Positions 38,301 through 50,080 of a stretch of DNA of 64,000 nt are shown piece by piece. The translations under genes were made by a program, and so were the position numbers. Where the stretch lies: the NCBI GenBank assembly GCA_032718475.1, contig JAUCBJ010007134.1:4242-68241 (forward strand), given 5' to 3'. Numbering within the stretch: the first letter of the stretch is position 1; the number at the start of each line of letters is the position of its first letter. Below the pieces are notes generated by a model, which saw nothing but the letters and a program-made list of their open reading frames with translations, had not been told where the DNA came from and did not search any database. Source of the DNA: Nemertoderma westbladi. Its lineage: Eukaryota > Animalia > Xenacoelomorpha.

Positions 38301-41300
38301 GTTCCGTCGGATCTTACTAAGTGAGAGTGCTACCTGTTCCGTCGGATCTTACTAAGTGAGAGTGCTACCTGTTCCGTCGGATCTTACTAAGTGAGAGTGC
38401 ATCTGTTCCGTCGGATCTTACCAAGTGAGAGTGTTACCTGTTCCGTCGGATCTTACTAAGTGAGAGTGCTACCTGTTCCGTCGGATCTTACTAAGTGAGA
38501 GTGCTACCTGTTCCGTCGGATCTTACTAAGTGAGAGTGCTACCTGTTCCGTCGGATCTTACTAAGTGAGAGTGCATCTGTTCCGTCGGATCTTACTAAGT
38601 GAGAGTGCTACCTGTTCCGTCGGATCTTACTAAGTGAGAGTGCTACCTGTTCCGTCGGATCTTACTAAGTGAGAGTGCTACCTGTTCCGTCGGATCTTAC
38701 TAAGTGAGAGTGCTACCTGTTCCGTCGGATCTTACTAAGTGAGAGTGCATCTGTTCCGTCGGATCTTACCAAGTGAGAGTGTTACCTGTTCCGTCGGATC
38801 TTACTAAGTGAGAGTGCTACCTGTTCCGTCGGATCTTACTAAGTGAGAGTGCTACCTGTTCCGTCGGATCTTACTAAGTGAGAGTGCTACCTGTTCCGAC
38901 GGATCTTACTAAGTGAGAGTGCTACCTGTTCCGACGGATCTTACCAAGTGAGAGTGCTACCTGTTCCGTCGGATCTTACTAAGTGAGAGTGCTACCTGTT
39001 CCGTCGGATCTTACTAAGTGAGAGTGCTACCTGTTCCGACGGATCTTACCAAGTGAGAGTGCTACCTGTTCCGTCGGATCTTACTAAGTGAGAGTGCTAC
39101 CTGTTCCGTCGGATCTTACTAAGTGAGAGTGCATCTGTTCCGTCGGATCTTACTAAGTGAGAGTGCTACCTGTTCCGTCGGATCTTACTAAGTGAGAGTG
39201 CATCTGTTCCGTCGGATCTTACTAAGTGAGAGTGCATCTGTTCCGTCGGATCTTACCAAGTGAGAGTGTTACCTGTTCCGTCGGATCTTACTAAGTGAGA
39301 GTGCTACCTGTTCCGTCGGATCTTACTAAGTGAGAGTGCTACCTGTTCCGTCGGATCTTACTAAGTGAGAGTGCTACCTGTTCCGTCGGATCTTACCAAG
39401 TGAGAGTGCTACCTGTCCCGTCGGATCTTACCAAGTGAGAGTGCTACCTGTTCCGTCGGATCTTACTAAGTGAGAGTGCTACCTGTTCCGTCGGCTCTTA
39501 CTAAGTGAGAGTGCATCTGTTCCGTCGGATCTTACCAAGTGAGAGTGCTACCTGTTCCGTCGGATCTTACTAAGTGAGAGTGCTACCTGTTCCGACGGAT
39601 CTTACCAAGTGAGAGTGCTACCTGTTCCGTCGGATCTTACTAAGTGAGAGTGCTACCTGTTCCGTCGGATCTTACTAAGTGAGAGTGCATCTGTTCCGTC
39701 GGATCTTACCAAGTGAGAGTGTTACCTGTTCCGTCGGATCTTACTAAGTGAGAGTGCATCTGTTCCGTCGGATCTTACTAAGTGAGAGTGCATCTGTTCC
39801 GTCGGATCTTACCAAGTGAGAGTGTTACCTGTTCCGTCGGATCTTACTAAGTGAGAGTGCTACCTGTTCCGTCGGATCTTACTAAGTGAGAGTGCATCTG
39901 TTCCGTCGGATCTTACTAAGTGAGAGTGCTACCTGTTCCGTCGGATCGTACTAAGTGAGAGTGCTACCTGTTCCGTCGGATCTTACTAAGTGAGAGTGCT
40001 ACCTGTTACGTCGGATCTTACTAAGTGAGAGTGCATCTGTTCCGTCGGATCTTACCAAGTGAGAGTGTTACCTGTTCCGTCGGATCTTACTAAGTGAGAG
40101 TGCTACCTGTTCCGTCGGATCTTACTAAGTGAGAGTGCTACCTGTTCCGTCGGATCTTACCAAGTGAGAGTGCTACCTGTTCCGTCGGATCTTACTAAGT
40201 GAGAGTGCTACCTGTTCCGTCGGATCTTACTAAGTGAGAGTGTTACCTGTTCCGTCGGATCTTACCAAGTGAGAGTGCATCTGTTCCGTCGGATCTTACC
40301 AAGTGAGAGTGCATCTGTTCCGTCGGATCTTACTAAGTGAGAGTGCTACCTGTTCCGTCGGATCTTACCACCAAGTGAGAGTGTTACCTGTTCCGTCGAA
40401 TCTTATTAAGTGAGAGTGCATCTGTTCCGTCGGATCTTACTAAGTGAGAGTGCTACCTGTTCCGACGGATCTTACCAAGTGAGAGTGCTACCTGTTCCGT
40501 CGGATCTTACTAAGTGAGAGTGCTACCTGTTCCGTCGGATCTTACTAAGTGAGAGTGCATCTGTTCCGTCGGATCTTACCAAGTGAGAGTGCATCTGTTC
40601 CGTCGGATCTTACCAAGTGAGAGTGCATCTGTTCCGTCGGATCTTACTAAGTGAGAGTGCATCTGTTCCGTCGGATCTTACCAAGTGAGAGTGCTACCTG
40701 TTCCGTCGGATCTTACTAAGTGAGAGTGCATCTGTTCCGTCGGATCTTACCAAGTGAGAGTGCATCTGTTCCGTCGGATCTTACTAAGTGAGAGTGCATC
40801 TGTTCCGTCGGATCTTACCAAGTGAGAGTGCTACCTGTTCCGTCGGATCTTACTAAGTGAGAGTGCTACCTGTTCCGTCGGATCTTACTAAGTGAGAGTG
40901 CATCTGTTCCGTCGGATCTTACCAAGTGAGAGTGCTACCTGTTCCGTCGGATCTTACTAAGTGAGAGTGCTACCTGTTCCGTCGGATCTTACCAAGTGAG
41001 AGTGCATCTGTTCCGTCGGATCTTACTAAGTGAGAGTGCTACCTGTTCCGTCGGATCTTACTAAGTGAGAGTGCATCTGTTCCGTCGGATCTTACTAAGT
41101 GAGAGTGCATCTGTTCCGTCGGATCTTACCAAGTGAGAGTGCTACCTGTTCCGTCGGATCTTACTAAGTGAGAGTGCTACCTGTTCCGTCGGATCTTACC
41201 AAGTGAGAGTGCATCTGTTCCGTCGGATCTTACTAAGTGAGAGTGCTACCTGTTCCGTCGGATCTTACTAAGTGAGAGTGCTACCTGTTCCGTCGGATCT

Positions 41301-42425
41301 TACTAAGTGAGAGTGCTACCTGTTCCGTCGGATCTTACTAAGTGAGAGTGCTACCTGTTCCGTCGGATCTTACTAAGTGAGAGTGCTACCTGTTCCGTCG
41401 GATCTTACTAAGTGAGAGTGCATCTGTTCCGTCGGATCTTACTAAGTGAGAGTGCATCTGTTCCGTCGGATCTTACCAAGTGAGAGTGCATCTGTTCCGT
41501 CGGATCTTACCAAGTGAGAGTGCTACCTGTTCCGTCGGATCTTACTAAGTGAGAGTGCATCTGTTCCGTCGGATCTTACCAAGTGAGAGTGCATCTGTGC
41601 CGTCGGATCTTACCAAGTGAGAGTGCTACCTGTTCCGTCGGATCTTACTAAGTGAGAGTGCATCTGTTCCGTCGGATCTTACCAAGTGAGAGTGCATCTG
41701 TTCCGTCGGATCTTACCAAGTGAGAGTGCATCTGTTCCGTCGGATCTTACCAAGTGAGAGTGCATCTGTTCCGTCGGATCTTACTAAGTGAGAGTGCTAC
41801 CTGTTCCGTCGGATCTTACCAAGTGAGAGTGCATCTGTTCCGTCGGATCTTACTAAGTGAGAGTGCTACCTGTTCCGTCGGATCGTACTAAGTGAGAGTG
41901 CTACCTGTTCCGTCGGATCTTACTAAGTGAGAGTGCATCTGTTCCGTCGGATCTTACTAAGTGAGAGTGCTACCTGTTCCGTCGGATCGTACTAAGTGAG
42001 AGTGCTACCTGTTCCGTCGGATCTTACTAAGTGAGAGTGCTACCTGTTACGTCGGATCTTACTAAGTGAGAGTGCATCTGTTCCGTCGGATCTTACTAAG
42101 TGAGAGTGCATCTGTTCCGTCGGATCTTACTAAGTGAGAGTGCATCTGTTCCGTCGGATCTTACTAAGTGAGAGTGCATCTGTTCCGTCGGATCTTACTA
42201 AGTGAGAGTGCATCTGTTCCGTCGGATCTTACTAAGTGAGAGTGCTACCTGTTCCGTCGGATCTTACTAAGTGAGAGTGCATCTGTTCCGTCGGATCTTA
42301 CTAAGTGAGAGTGCTACCTGTTCCGTCGGATCTTACTAAGTGAGAGTGCATCTGTTCCGTCGGATCTTACTAAGTGAGTGTGCTACCTGTTCCGTCGGAT
42401 CTTACTAAGTGAGAGTGCTACCTGT
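32390..42425. repeat. 34/35-bp satellite (CTGTTCCGTCGGATCTTACTAAGTGAGAGTGCTAC), about 290 copies
   Basis: Continuous periodicity over 10 kb with a few recurrent variants (GCTAC/GCAT, ACTAA/ACCAA, GTTCC/GTCCC, GGATC/GGCTC). No unique spacers. Confidence 0.98.
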
Positions 42426-42459
42426 ATTAGACACCACCCGTTAAGTGTTCGATGAAGTG

Positions 42460-44325
42460 TGTAAAAGCTTTTGCGGACATAACAAGTCATTTTTACGCAA
42501 TGCGCAGAATACTCTAAAATCGCCCTAAAATTGTTCAACTACGCGTCGGACAGAAATTAGAACCAAGATGACGAAATCTGTCAGCTGATTCTTTGTGTAC
42601 GTGGAGATCCCTTTGTTTGAGCTTATTTGGCCAAACAGAGCAATCTTCCCAGTTATGCCAGTAGAGACCTACCTGAGGAAACTAGCGCATGCGCAGTTAT
42701 CGTTTTTCTGAGAATTAGATTCCTCTCAGAATTATGTACTAAGTACGGACGTTTCAGACTTTGGCCCAAGAACATCTGATGGCTGGAGTTATAAGGACGT
42801 AAATCTATTAACCTGTTTCGGGACCCTGTCCTGTTGCATACAAATCTAATCATACTGAACTTCATGAACACATAGTGGCTGTTCACCGCACTGTTTTAAT
42901 GCTGTTTTATATTGTGTTAATTGCTGTTTATATTTATGGATGTTATATTTGGAGAATACCGATAAATAATCGTAAACCCCTCAATCTTCTTGATTACTGA
43001 CGTAAGCGGAGGAAGGGTCTACCGGTAGCAACTGTGACTCAAATTATAGTGGTTTTGTGTGAATTAAATGCTATTTCATAATCCCTACGTGTGTCAGTTG
43101 CAATTCTACTTATATATGATCAAAATCAGTGACGGTCGGCAAATTAGTGTGAATTAGTGTAAATTAGTGTGAAGTAGTGTGAAGTCGTATGAAGGTTAAT
43201 AAAGCATCTCCTAAAGAATGCGCTTTTTACGAAACTCTTTGGCCATCTAGTTGTAAAAGCTTTTGCGGACATAACAAGTCATTTTTACCCGCAATGCGCA
43301 GTGTAGGTGCTTTAGCGGACATAACAAGTCATTTTTGCCGCAATGCGCATAATACTCTCAAAGATTGGAGCTCAGATGACGAAATCTGTCAGCTGATTTC
43401 CTGTAGACGTGGAACCTCTTTGTTCTGCTCAGCCAATCAGAGCGATTTTCACTTTATGTTGGACAGGGGCCTATGGAAAACCGCGCAATGCATTACGGTC
43501 TTTGTTTACCTTTCTGAGCCTAAGAACCGGCTTGGAAATCTTCTGTACTTCTGTTGTGGAAGTTTCAGACTTTGGCCTAAACATCTGATGGCTTTGATTA
43601 TAAGAACGTAAAACTATTAACTTGTCATTCTACAATTCATATTGAACATTGCTGCACATGGAACACTGCATAAGTAACACATACTGACTGTTTACCGCAT
43701 TATTTTGCTTCTGTTATTAATTGGTGTTATGTAAATGGATATTGCTGTTATATTTGGAGAATACCGATAAATAATCATAAAACCCCCAATCTTCTTGATT
43801 ACTGAAGGTGAGAGGAACAGGTTTACCGGTAGCAACTGCGACTTACATTATAGTGTTTTTTTGTGCGAATTAAATGCTATTTCATAATCCCTACATGTGT
43901 CAGTTGCGATCCTCCTTATATATGATCAAATTCAGTGACGGTCGGCAGATCAGTGCGAAGTAGTGTGAAGTAGTGTGAAGTCGTGTGAAGTAGTGTGAAG
44001 GTTAATAAAGCATCTCCTAAAGAATGCGCTTTTTACGAAACACGTCCTAAAGGAACTGTTAATATTTCCCCGAAAGTAAATATAGTTGTCAGAGATTATA
44101 TTATAGTAGCAATCAATCGAATAATACAAAGTAGCCTACACCGCAATAACTTCCTCTGGAACCCGAATCCAGTCTCCCACACCGTTGGTCATACGCCGCG
44201 CACAGACTGGCTTCGGCGGATGTAAATTCAGTACACCAGGTAATTGGTACGGGCAAAGTCGATTCATAATAAAAGGACATTTAAAATTGGCAGGTCAAAC
44301 TGCTAAAGGTCTAAAAGCATTAACA
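42460..44325 (+). repeat. compound 5' LTR: truncated copy (42460-43251) followed by a diverged full copy (43252-44325)
   Basis: TGTAAAAGCTTTTGCGGACATAACAAGTC starts at both 42460 and 43252. The end at 44325 matches the 3' LTR end. Confidence 0.85.
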
Positions 44326-46133
44326 TTAATAGATTTTCCTAATGTTCTGGTAGAACATTAATAGATTTAGATTCTTTATTGCCCAGTAGGCAATAAAACC
44401 CAAAACGTACCGGTAGGACGGTAAACTGTAGGCCTGATCCGAACCGGTACTTACAGGTACAACAGTATTAGTTCGATTGTGATAATTATATACCGGTAGG
44501 TCTTAAAATTTAATCGGGGACTGCAGCCCTGGTTTTTATTGGGATTTTACTTATTTCTGTCAGTTTTATGGTAAGTAGTAAGTTTTATAGTAAGTGTAAT
44601 ATTGAGCAGAAGGCGTGTAAACCTGCTCTGATTGTATAAATAATTTGTAGGCCGGATTGTTGTCTAACTGTTGTTAGGTCTGAGGCGATTGCAGTGTATG
44701 TAGAGTGTCTATCCGATAAAGTGCTAGTTAGGAAGGTGGAGGCATCCAGTGCTGTAAGGTAAATCCCCCACGAAAGAATAAGTCGTACTACATGATTAGA
44801 ACGCTTACTAACTAACCATTTCGGAGATTGCATATACTGTGGTTTATTTAGACTTGACAGTAGTCTGCCAGCATTTGGTCTGTGTTTTATTTGAATAGTC
44901 TGTACGGGTAGTGTAATATTTATTATTCAGAGTTTATGCAAGTATTTGCAACCTTCATCTCCCCAAGTTTATTCCTTACAGTAATTATGCTAGTTATGCA
45001 TACTGTTATAGTTAAATTAACCCCGGTACTACTTCAGGACTGCTTGGCATAGGACAGACTGGTGATTTTGTGCTCCGGTCACTCCAGAAGATACCGTGGT
45101 TCTTTTGGCTGTTCACGTACATTTAACTGCTAGTTATTGGTTGTATAAGTGCTTGTACCTAATTTAGGGTTTAGAGTACAGCGCTTTCCTGAAAGTAATT
45201 TAGTGTGTAGGCAGTATATTTGTGTTGTAACGTGGTTAATAGGTCTGTTAGCTCTGGTTGGCTTCGATAATTAACCTCTAGGTATAGGACACTCCAGGTA
45301 CATGACGTAGTGCTTATAGTGTAAGACTATAAGCCGTCAGATGGTGGCATTTCCTTATCTGGACAACGCAACGTACTTAATACTACTTTATTGGTTTCAA
45401 ATACCGTAATTTCCTGTCAGTTTGTAAGAACCAGAAATTCTAACTCCTTGTTAGTCTGATTCATAAATTTCTTGTTAAATTACCCTAAAAATTGTACGTG
45501 TAACTTGTTTATTGTTTATTTAGAGATTGTGTAATCTCAACCCCATATGTAAGTAATTTGTAGTGATAAGTAACTTAGTTAAGTATATATCAGTATTAGT
45601 GTCTAACAAGTAGCACTCCACTGAGAGCGTTCAGCTTCTGTGTAGTGACTTCTTACACAGAAATAATAACATTTATTTCAAATATTGTCAAAACCCATTA
45701 CGGGTATATATATATATATTTATAAATCAACTCAATCAGATTTATAAAATAGTAGGCCTGTTATACATCAATTAGGTCTTAATATCAGTTGAACTACTGC
45801 TTAATATCAGTAATAAAGTAAAGGGAAGTAATCCCTAAAATTTGGATAATCAGTTACTATTAAATTACTGACATTACCGGTGTTACAGTAAGCTTATTAT
45901 ATATTTATATAAATTAGGCTAAGCTTATATACCAGTATTCTGTGACTGATCCTAGTCTGTAATAATACTGATATATATACTATAGGTGTATACCGGTATT
46001 CTAATTTTAAGATATATACCACGTTACATTGAGTAGCGATATGGTAACTATTAGACTGACAGTTGATACTGATTTCCCCTAGACTTGGTTTAACTGTTAT
46101 TGTAGTAGTAGGCATTCAACTGTAAAATAAATT

Positions 46134-46772
46134 ATGTTTGACACAAAACAAACACTGTCAGATAGTCTCTTAGAAAGAACGATCTGTGACCCAGATCAAA
46201 GTAAGGAACATCCCAGACCGAAGTCTAAGTCCCCTCCTACTGTAAGAAAGGTTATCCCTACAGTAGTGGTATCGGACCCTAGGCTAGTAAAGCACCATAG
46301 GTCTATTATAGGCACTAGGGCTCAAGTTAAGCGAGACCAAGAGATGGCTGCCAAACAACAACAGTACCCGAACCGAGAACTTATTTCTCAACTGCGTAGT
46401 AACTCTAGTTCCGACACCGAAGAGTTAACGCCCGAGATCGGAACAAGGATGGAAGAAGCGGTTTATCCAGACCCACTTCTAATTCTTCCTGGGGCAGTAC
46501 TCACTAGAGTACTTATAGCTGTAGAAGAACATCAAGCGGATTGGATGAGAAATAAGAGATCAACCAGGGACAGTTATGCAGGATACCCGATGGAAGAACT
46601 AAGGTCTATTGTAGAGACTCAATGGAACTTCCCCGGACCCGGACTCCCGTTTATCTTACCTGAAGCTACCTGGGAAGACTTATACAGGATGGGAGTAGTA
46701 AGGGACACTCGAGATCCAGCTGTGTGGAAGAGGTCGGCAGCAGGATATGTCCAGGGATTCTTCAGCTCGTAA
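46134..46772 (+). pseudogene. probable N-terminal part of gag of the LTR element
   Basis: ATG-initiated 212-aa ORF after a long leader, ending exactly at a fold-back palindrome. No recognisable motif, so the call rests on position. Confidence 0.45.
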
Positions 46773-46799
46773 TGAATATTACAAAGATAACATACGGAG

Positions 46800-47830
46800 T
46801 TCTGTATGTTATCTTTGTAATATTCATTAAAAGGTAACCATTTCATCTCATCTCCATTAAACTTGACGATCTCTCCCACCTTTACCGCTTGACGGGTTTC
46901 CATTCTAGCCATCTGACGTGTAAAACTTTCTTGAGCCATCGTATTATTTAATATCGAATTATCGGTATATAAATTTCTCGGATTATTATCAGATCGGTAT
47001 GGGATATCATTATTAACAAGCTTATTAATACCCTTAATAGGGTTTACTATCAGAGTCTCTACTTCGGTAGCAGTATAGATGCGTGTAGGCTCCATACCTT
47101 GCGCATGAAATACTTCAGACCTAATGGGCTGACATATTGTTACAGAGGGTGGTGTTATACCCATTTGTATATTCACTAATTTATCGCGCTCGAGAGCGAT
47201 ATTTTGCTGTACTTCTTGCAGCTCTAACCTACTCTCTCTCACTGTTCCCTTTAACAGCTGAACAGTCCCTTCCAATTCTCGGACTTGTTTGGAAGTCCTG
47301 GCTTTATTGTCTTCTAGTTGTCCGAGCAACTGCTCCATCCCCTGTCATCCCTCGTCCATCCACTCAACTGCGGAGGCTGGAGTCGCCAACGTCGTAGCTG
47401 GATGGCACATCGGGACGACGGGAGACAATCTATTTATTATATCTTGCTCGGCGTCCATGACTGTCTGAGATTCTGGGAGTTGTCTACTGGGCACAGGTAG
47501 TTTGGTACTGTGTAAAGGGAATTTAGAGTTAGGTTCTTGGAGCAAAGGGGTCTCTATCAAGGGAGTGGCTTCGCTAACAGCCCTAATTATTTCTGGCTCA
47601 TCTACTATAGTAGGTAGTCTTTCTACTCTTATAATTTGGGCTGTTGGCTCTCGATTACTTAAGTCTACATTAGCAAGCTCCCTTCTCACCGCAGGGGGTA
47701 AGTTAGGCAACTTATGCCGGTGGGGCGCTCTTCTACGTCCATTTGAACGAGATTTATTACTTTTACCCTCGGGATCAGTGGTATCACCTTCATCCGAGGA
47801 GGTAAATCCCTGTCTTCTGGGAGTAGATCG
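46800..47830 (-). pseudogene. inverted gag segment (coiled coil plus Bel/Pao DUF1759-like motif)
   Basis: A coiled-coil stretch followed by IVKFNGDEMKWLPFNEYYKDNI, resembling the Bel/Pao gag LPxFxGDxxxWxxF motif. Confidence 0.6.
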
Positions 47831-47849
47831 ACTTATCGACTATTTCATG

Positions 47850-48790
47850 ATGGTTACTATGCACTGGTCATAGTAGATTTGTACTCAAGGTGGGCAGAGA
47901 TATATTTCGTCACATCAGAGAGGTTTGAAGTCGTAAAGAAACAATTTTTGCGTTATTTTGCAACTTATGGATGTCCACAACAAATCAAATCCGATAATGG
48001 ACCACCCTTTAATGGGGACGAGTGGCAACGATTCGGGGAGATGCAAGGATTTCATGTCCGCCTAATCACACCTGGGCATCCACAATCGAACAGTGAAGCT
48101 GATAACTTCATGAAGAAAATAAAAAAAGCTGTTGCAATAGCTAACGTAACAGGGAATGACTACAAACTCGAAATCATGAATAGGCTATTAGCAGATAGGG
48201 CAACTCCCCACCCAACAACTGGAAAATCACCATATGAGATTGTATTTGGTAGACGAATGAGGATTGGGAACATAGAACCATTACTGCACCATCAGGCCAT
48301 GACCGGTAAGCTGACCAATGACGAACAGTTGAGAGAAACTGTATCCGAAAATAAATTGAAGTCAAAGATATACTTCGACAAGAAACATAGAGCCAAACAT
48401 CACTCGTTCACTGTTGGAGATAAAGTTCTTGTCCAAAGTAAGCAGCATGGTGAATACTTCCCAGATATATTTGTGATAGAGGAGATACGATGTTCAAGCA
48501 TTCAAGCAAGACATGTAATTGATGGTAAAACGATATTTCGTGATGCCTCTCATGTAAAAAAAGTATCGCAATCCATACGGTGGGATGAGTCTAGATATTT
48601 CTATACCAATGACCAATGTAGATATTGTGGAAGGGGATAACACCAAGCGACCAACACGATTAACAGCTGGGAAGCCTCCTGAACGTCTCATATACTCGAA
48701 CTTAGGGGGTCCATGAACAAGGAATAGAACAATTTAATATAAACATTGTTAGGGTTTTTTCCTTTATAAGTGGTGGAGGGATGTTGGAAA
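47850..48790 (+). mobile_element. Gypsy-type integrase remnant with polypurine tract
   Basis: VDLYSRW, FATYGCPQQIKSDNGPPF, HPQSNSEA, RATPHPTTGKSPYEIVFGR, FTVGDKVLV. GGTGGAGGGA followed by TGTTG at ~48772-48786. Confidence 0.85.
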
Positions 48791-48837
48791 TATTACTATG
48801 AGCGGGAAATTTGAATTGTTAGATTATTATATATATA

Positions 48838-49541
48838 TTACATTACAGTCAGTCGGAAGCGAATAGCATTGTGATATTTTGCATTGCAGTACTGCAGTAC
48901 GTTTGCAATAAGTTGCATCTGAGTAGCTGCTCTTTGTTTATTTAAGTAATCTTGTTTCGCCTGAAGGTTCTCCAACTCTAGTTGGACTGTGTCTTCAGAT
49001 GCCCTCCATTCTGCTTCTGCCACTGCCGCTGCTGCTTTTCTTTCAGCTTCTGCCGCTGCAGCTGCCGCTGCCGCTTTTCTTTCAGCTTCTGCCACTGCCG
49101 CTGCTGCTGCCGCTTTTCTTTCAGCCTCGGCGCTGTCGCTGCCTCTTTTCTTTCAGCCTCTGCAGCTGTCACTGCCTCTTTTCTTTCAGCCTCTGCCGCT
49201 GCCGCTGCCACTTTTCTTTCAGCATCTGCTGCTGCCGCTGCCTCTTTTCTTTCAGCCTCTGCCGCTGCCGCTGCTAACTTTCGGTCTTGTATTTGCTTTT
49301 TCTTTATTTGTTCTTCTTGGTCCATTGCGATGAGAATGCTTTCATCAAATTTAGCCTGCTCCGCAGCTAATATCTCCGCATCTAATGAGTCCAGCACGAA
49401 TTTGGCTCCTTCACTATTGGGATGAAGTCCAGCTAGACGTCTCCTTAGCTCTTTGTCACCTATAAATCGTTGATAATCCGACAGATAGATGTCACTAGCA
49501 TCCTTCTTCTGAGGTTTTTCGGATACCGCTTCGCCTTCCAC
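48838..49541 (-). pseudogene. Ala/Glu/Lys-rich coiled-coil ORF fragments, possibly the gag N-terminus of another nested element
   Basis: Repeats of AAAEAERKE with one frameshift. Upstream on the minus strand, an LTR-end-like GTTACA is followed by GGTGGC near 49660. Confidence 0.35.
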
Positions 49542-50080
49542 ATGAGAAAAGGTTGCATCTGTTGATTATCTGTGGGTTATGTGTTCAGTTAGCTGGACCC
49601 TCCATTGTGTTGTTCCCTGGACTTTAACATTCACTCGTTGGAACCAAGTCTTTACAGCCACCTGTAACGACGTGTCTTGAATAATAACGTGGCATTCTGG
49701 AAGGCATTTGACTAATGGACAAATGGCCCTAATTTGTACAAATTGTGGCAGGAATGTGGAATTTGTGTATTTATAGGTGAATGTTACTACTAAAGTGTGT
49801 TTACATTAGAGAGTCACAGTTGTGAAAGTTACCCTGCATCTGTAGCAAGTACCTCCAGTATATCCAAGCCCTTGAGACAGACAGTGGAGTGAATCGCGCT
49901 GGTTATTGTTGTCGTTGTGTAGCTACTACGTTGGCGAGAGGCACAGCGACGACAGTACAACAGCACTGAGGATCTCAGGGCTCTGCTGTCCGGGGGCATA
50001 GAGGGGAAGGCAGCGACACCCACTAGCCTTATTATTATTAATTATAATATTGATAAACTCATATAGCAGCTACGACTGAG

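Noticed and set aside
32390-42425. CRISPR array (35-bp partly palindromic repeat)
   Set aside because: Units are head to tail with no unique spacers, there are no cas genes, and the context is eukaryotic.
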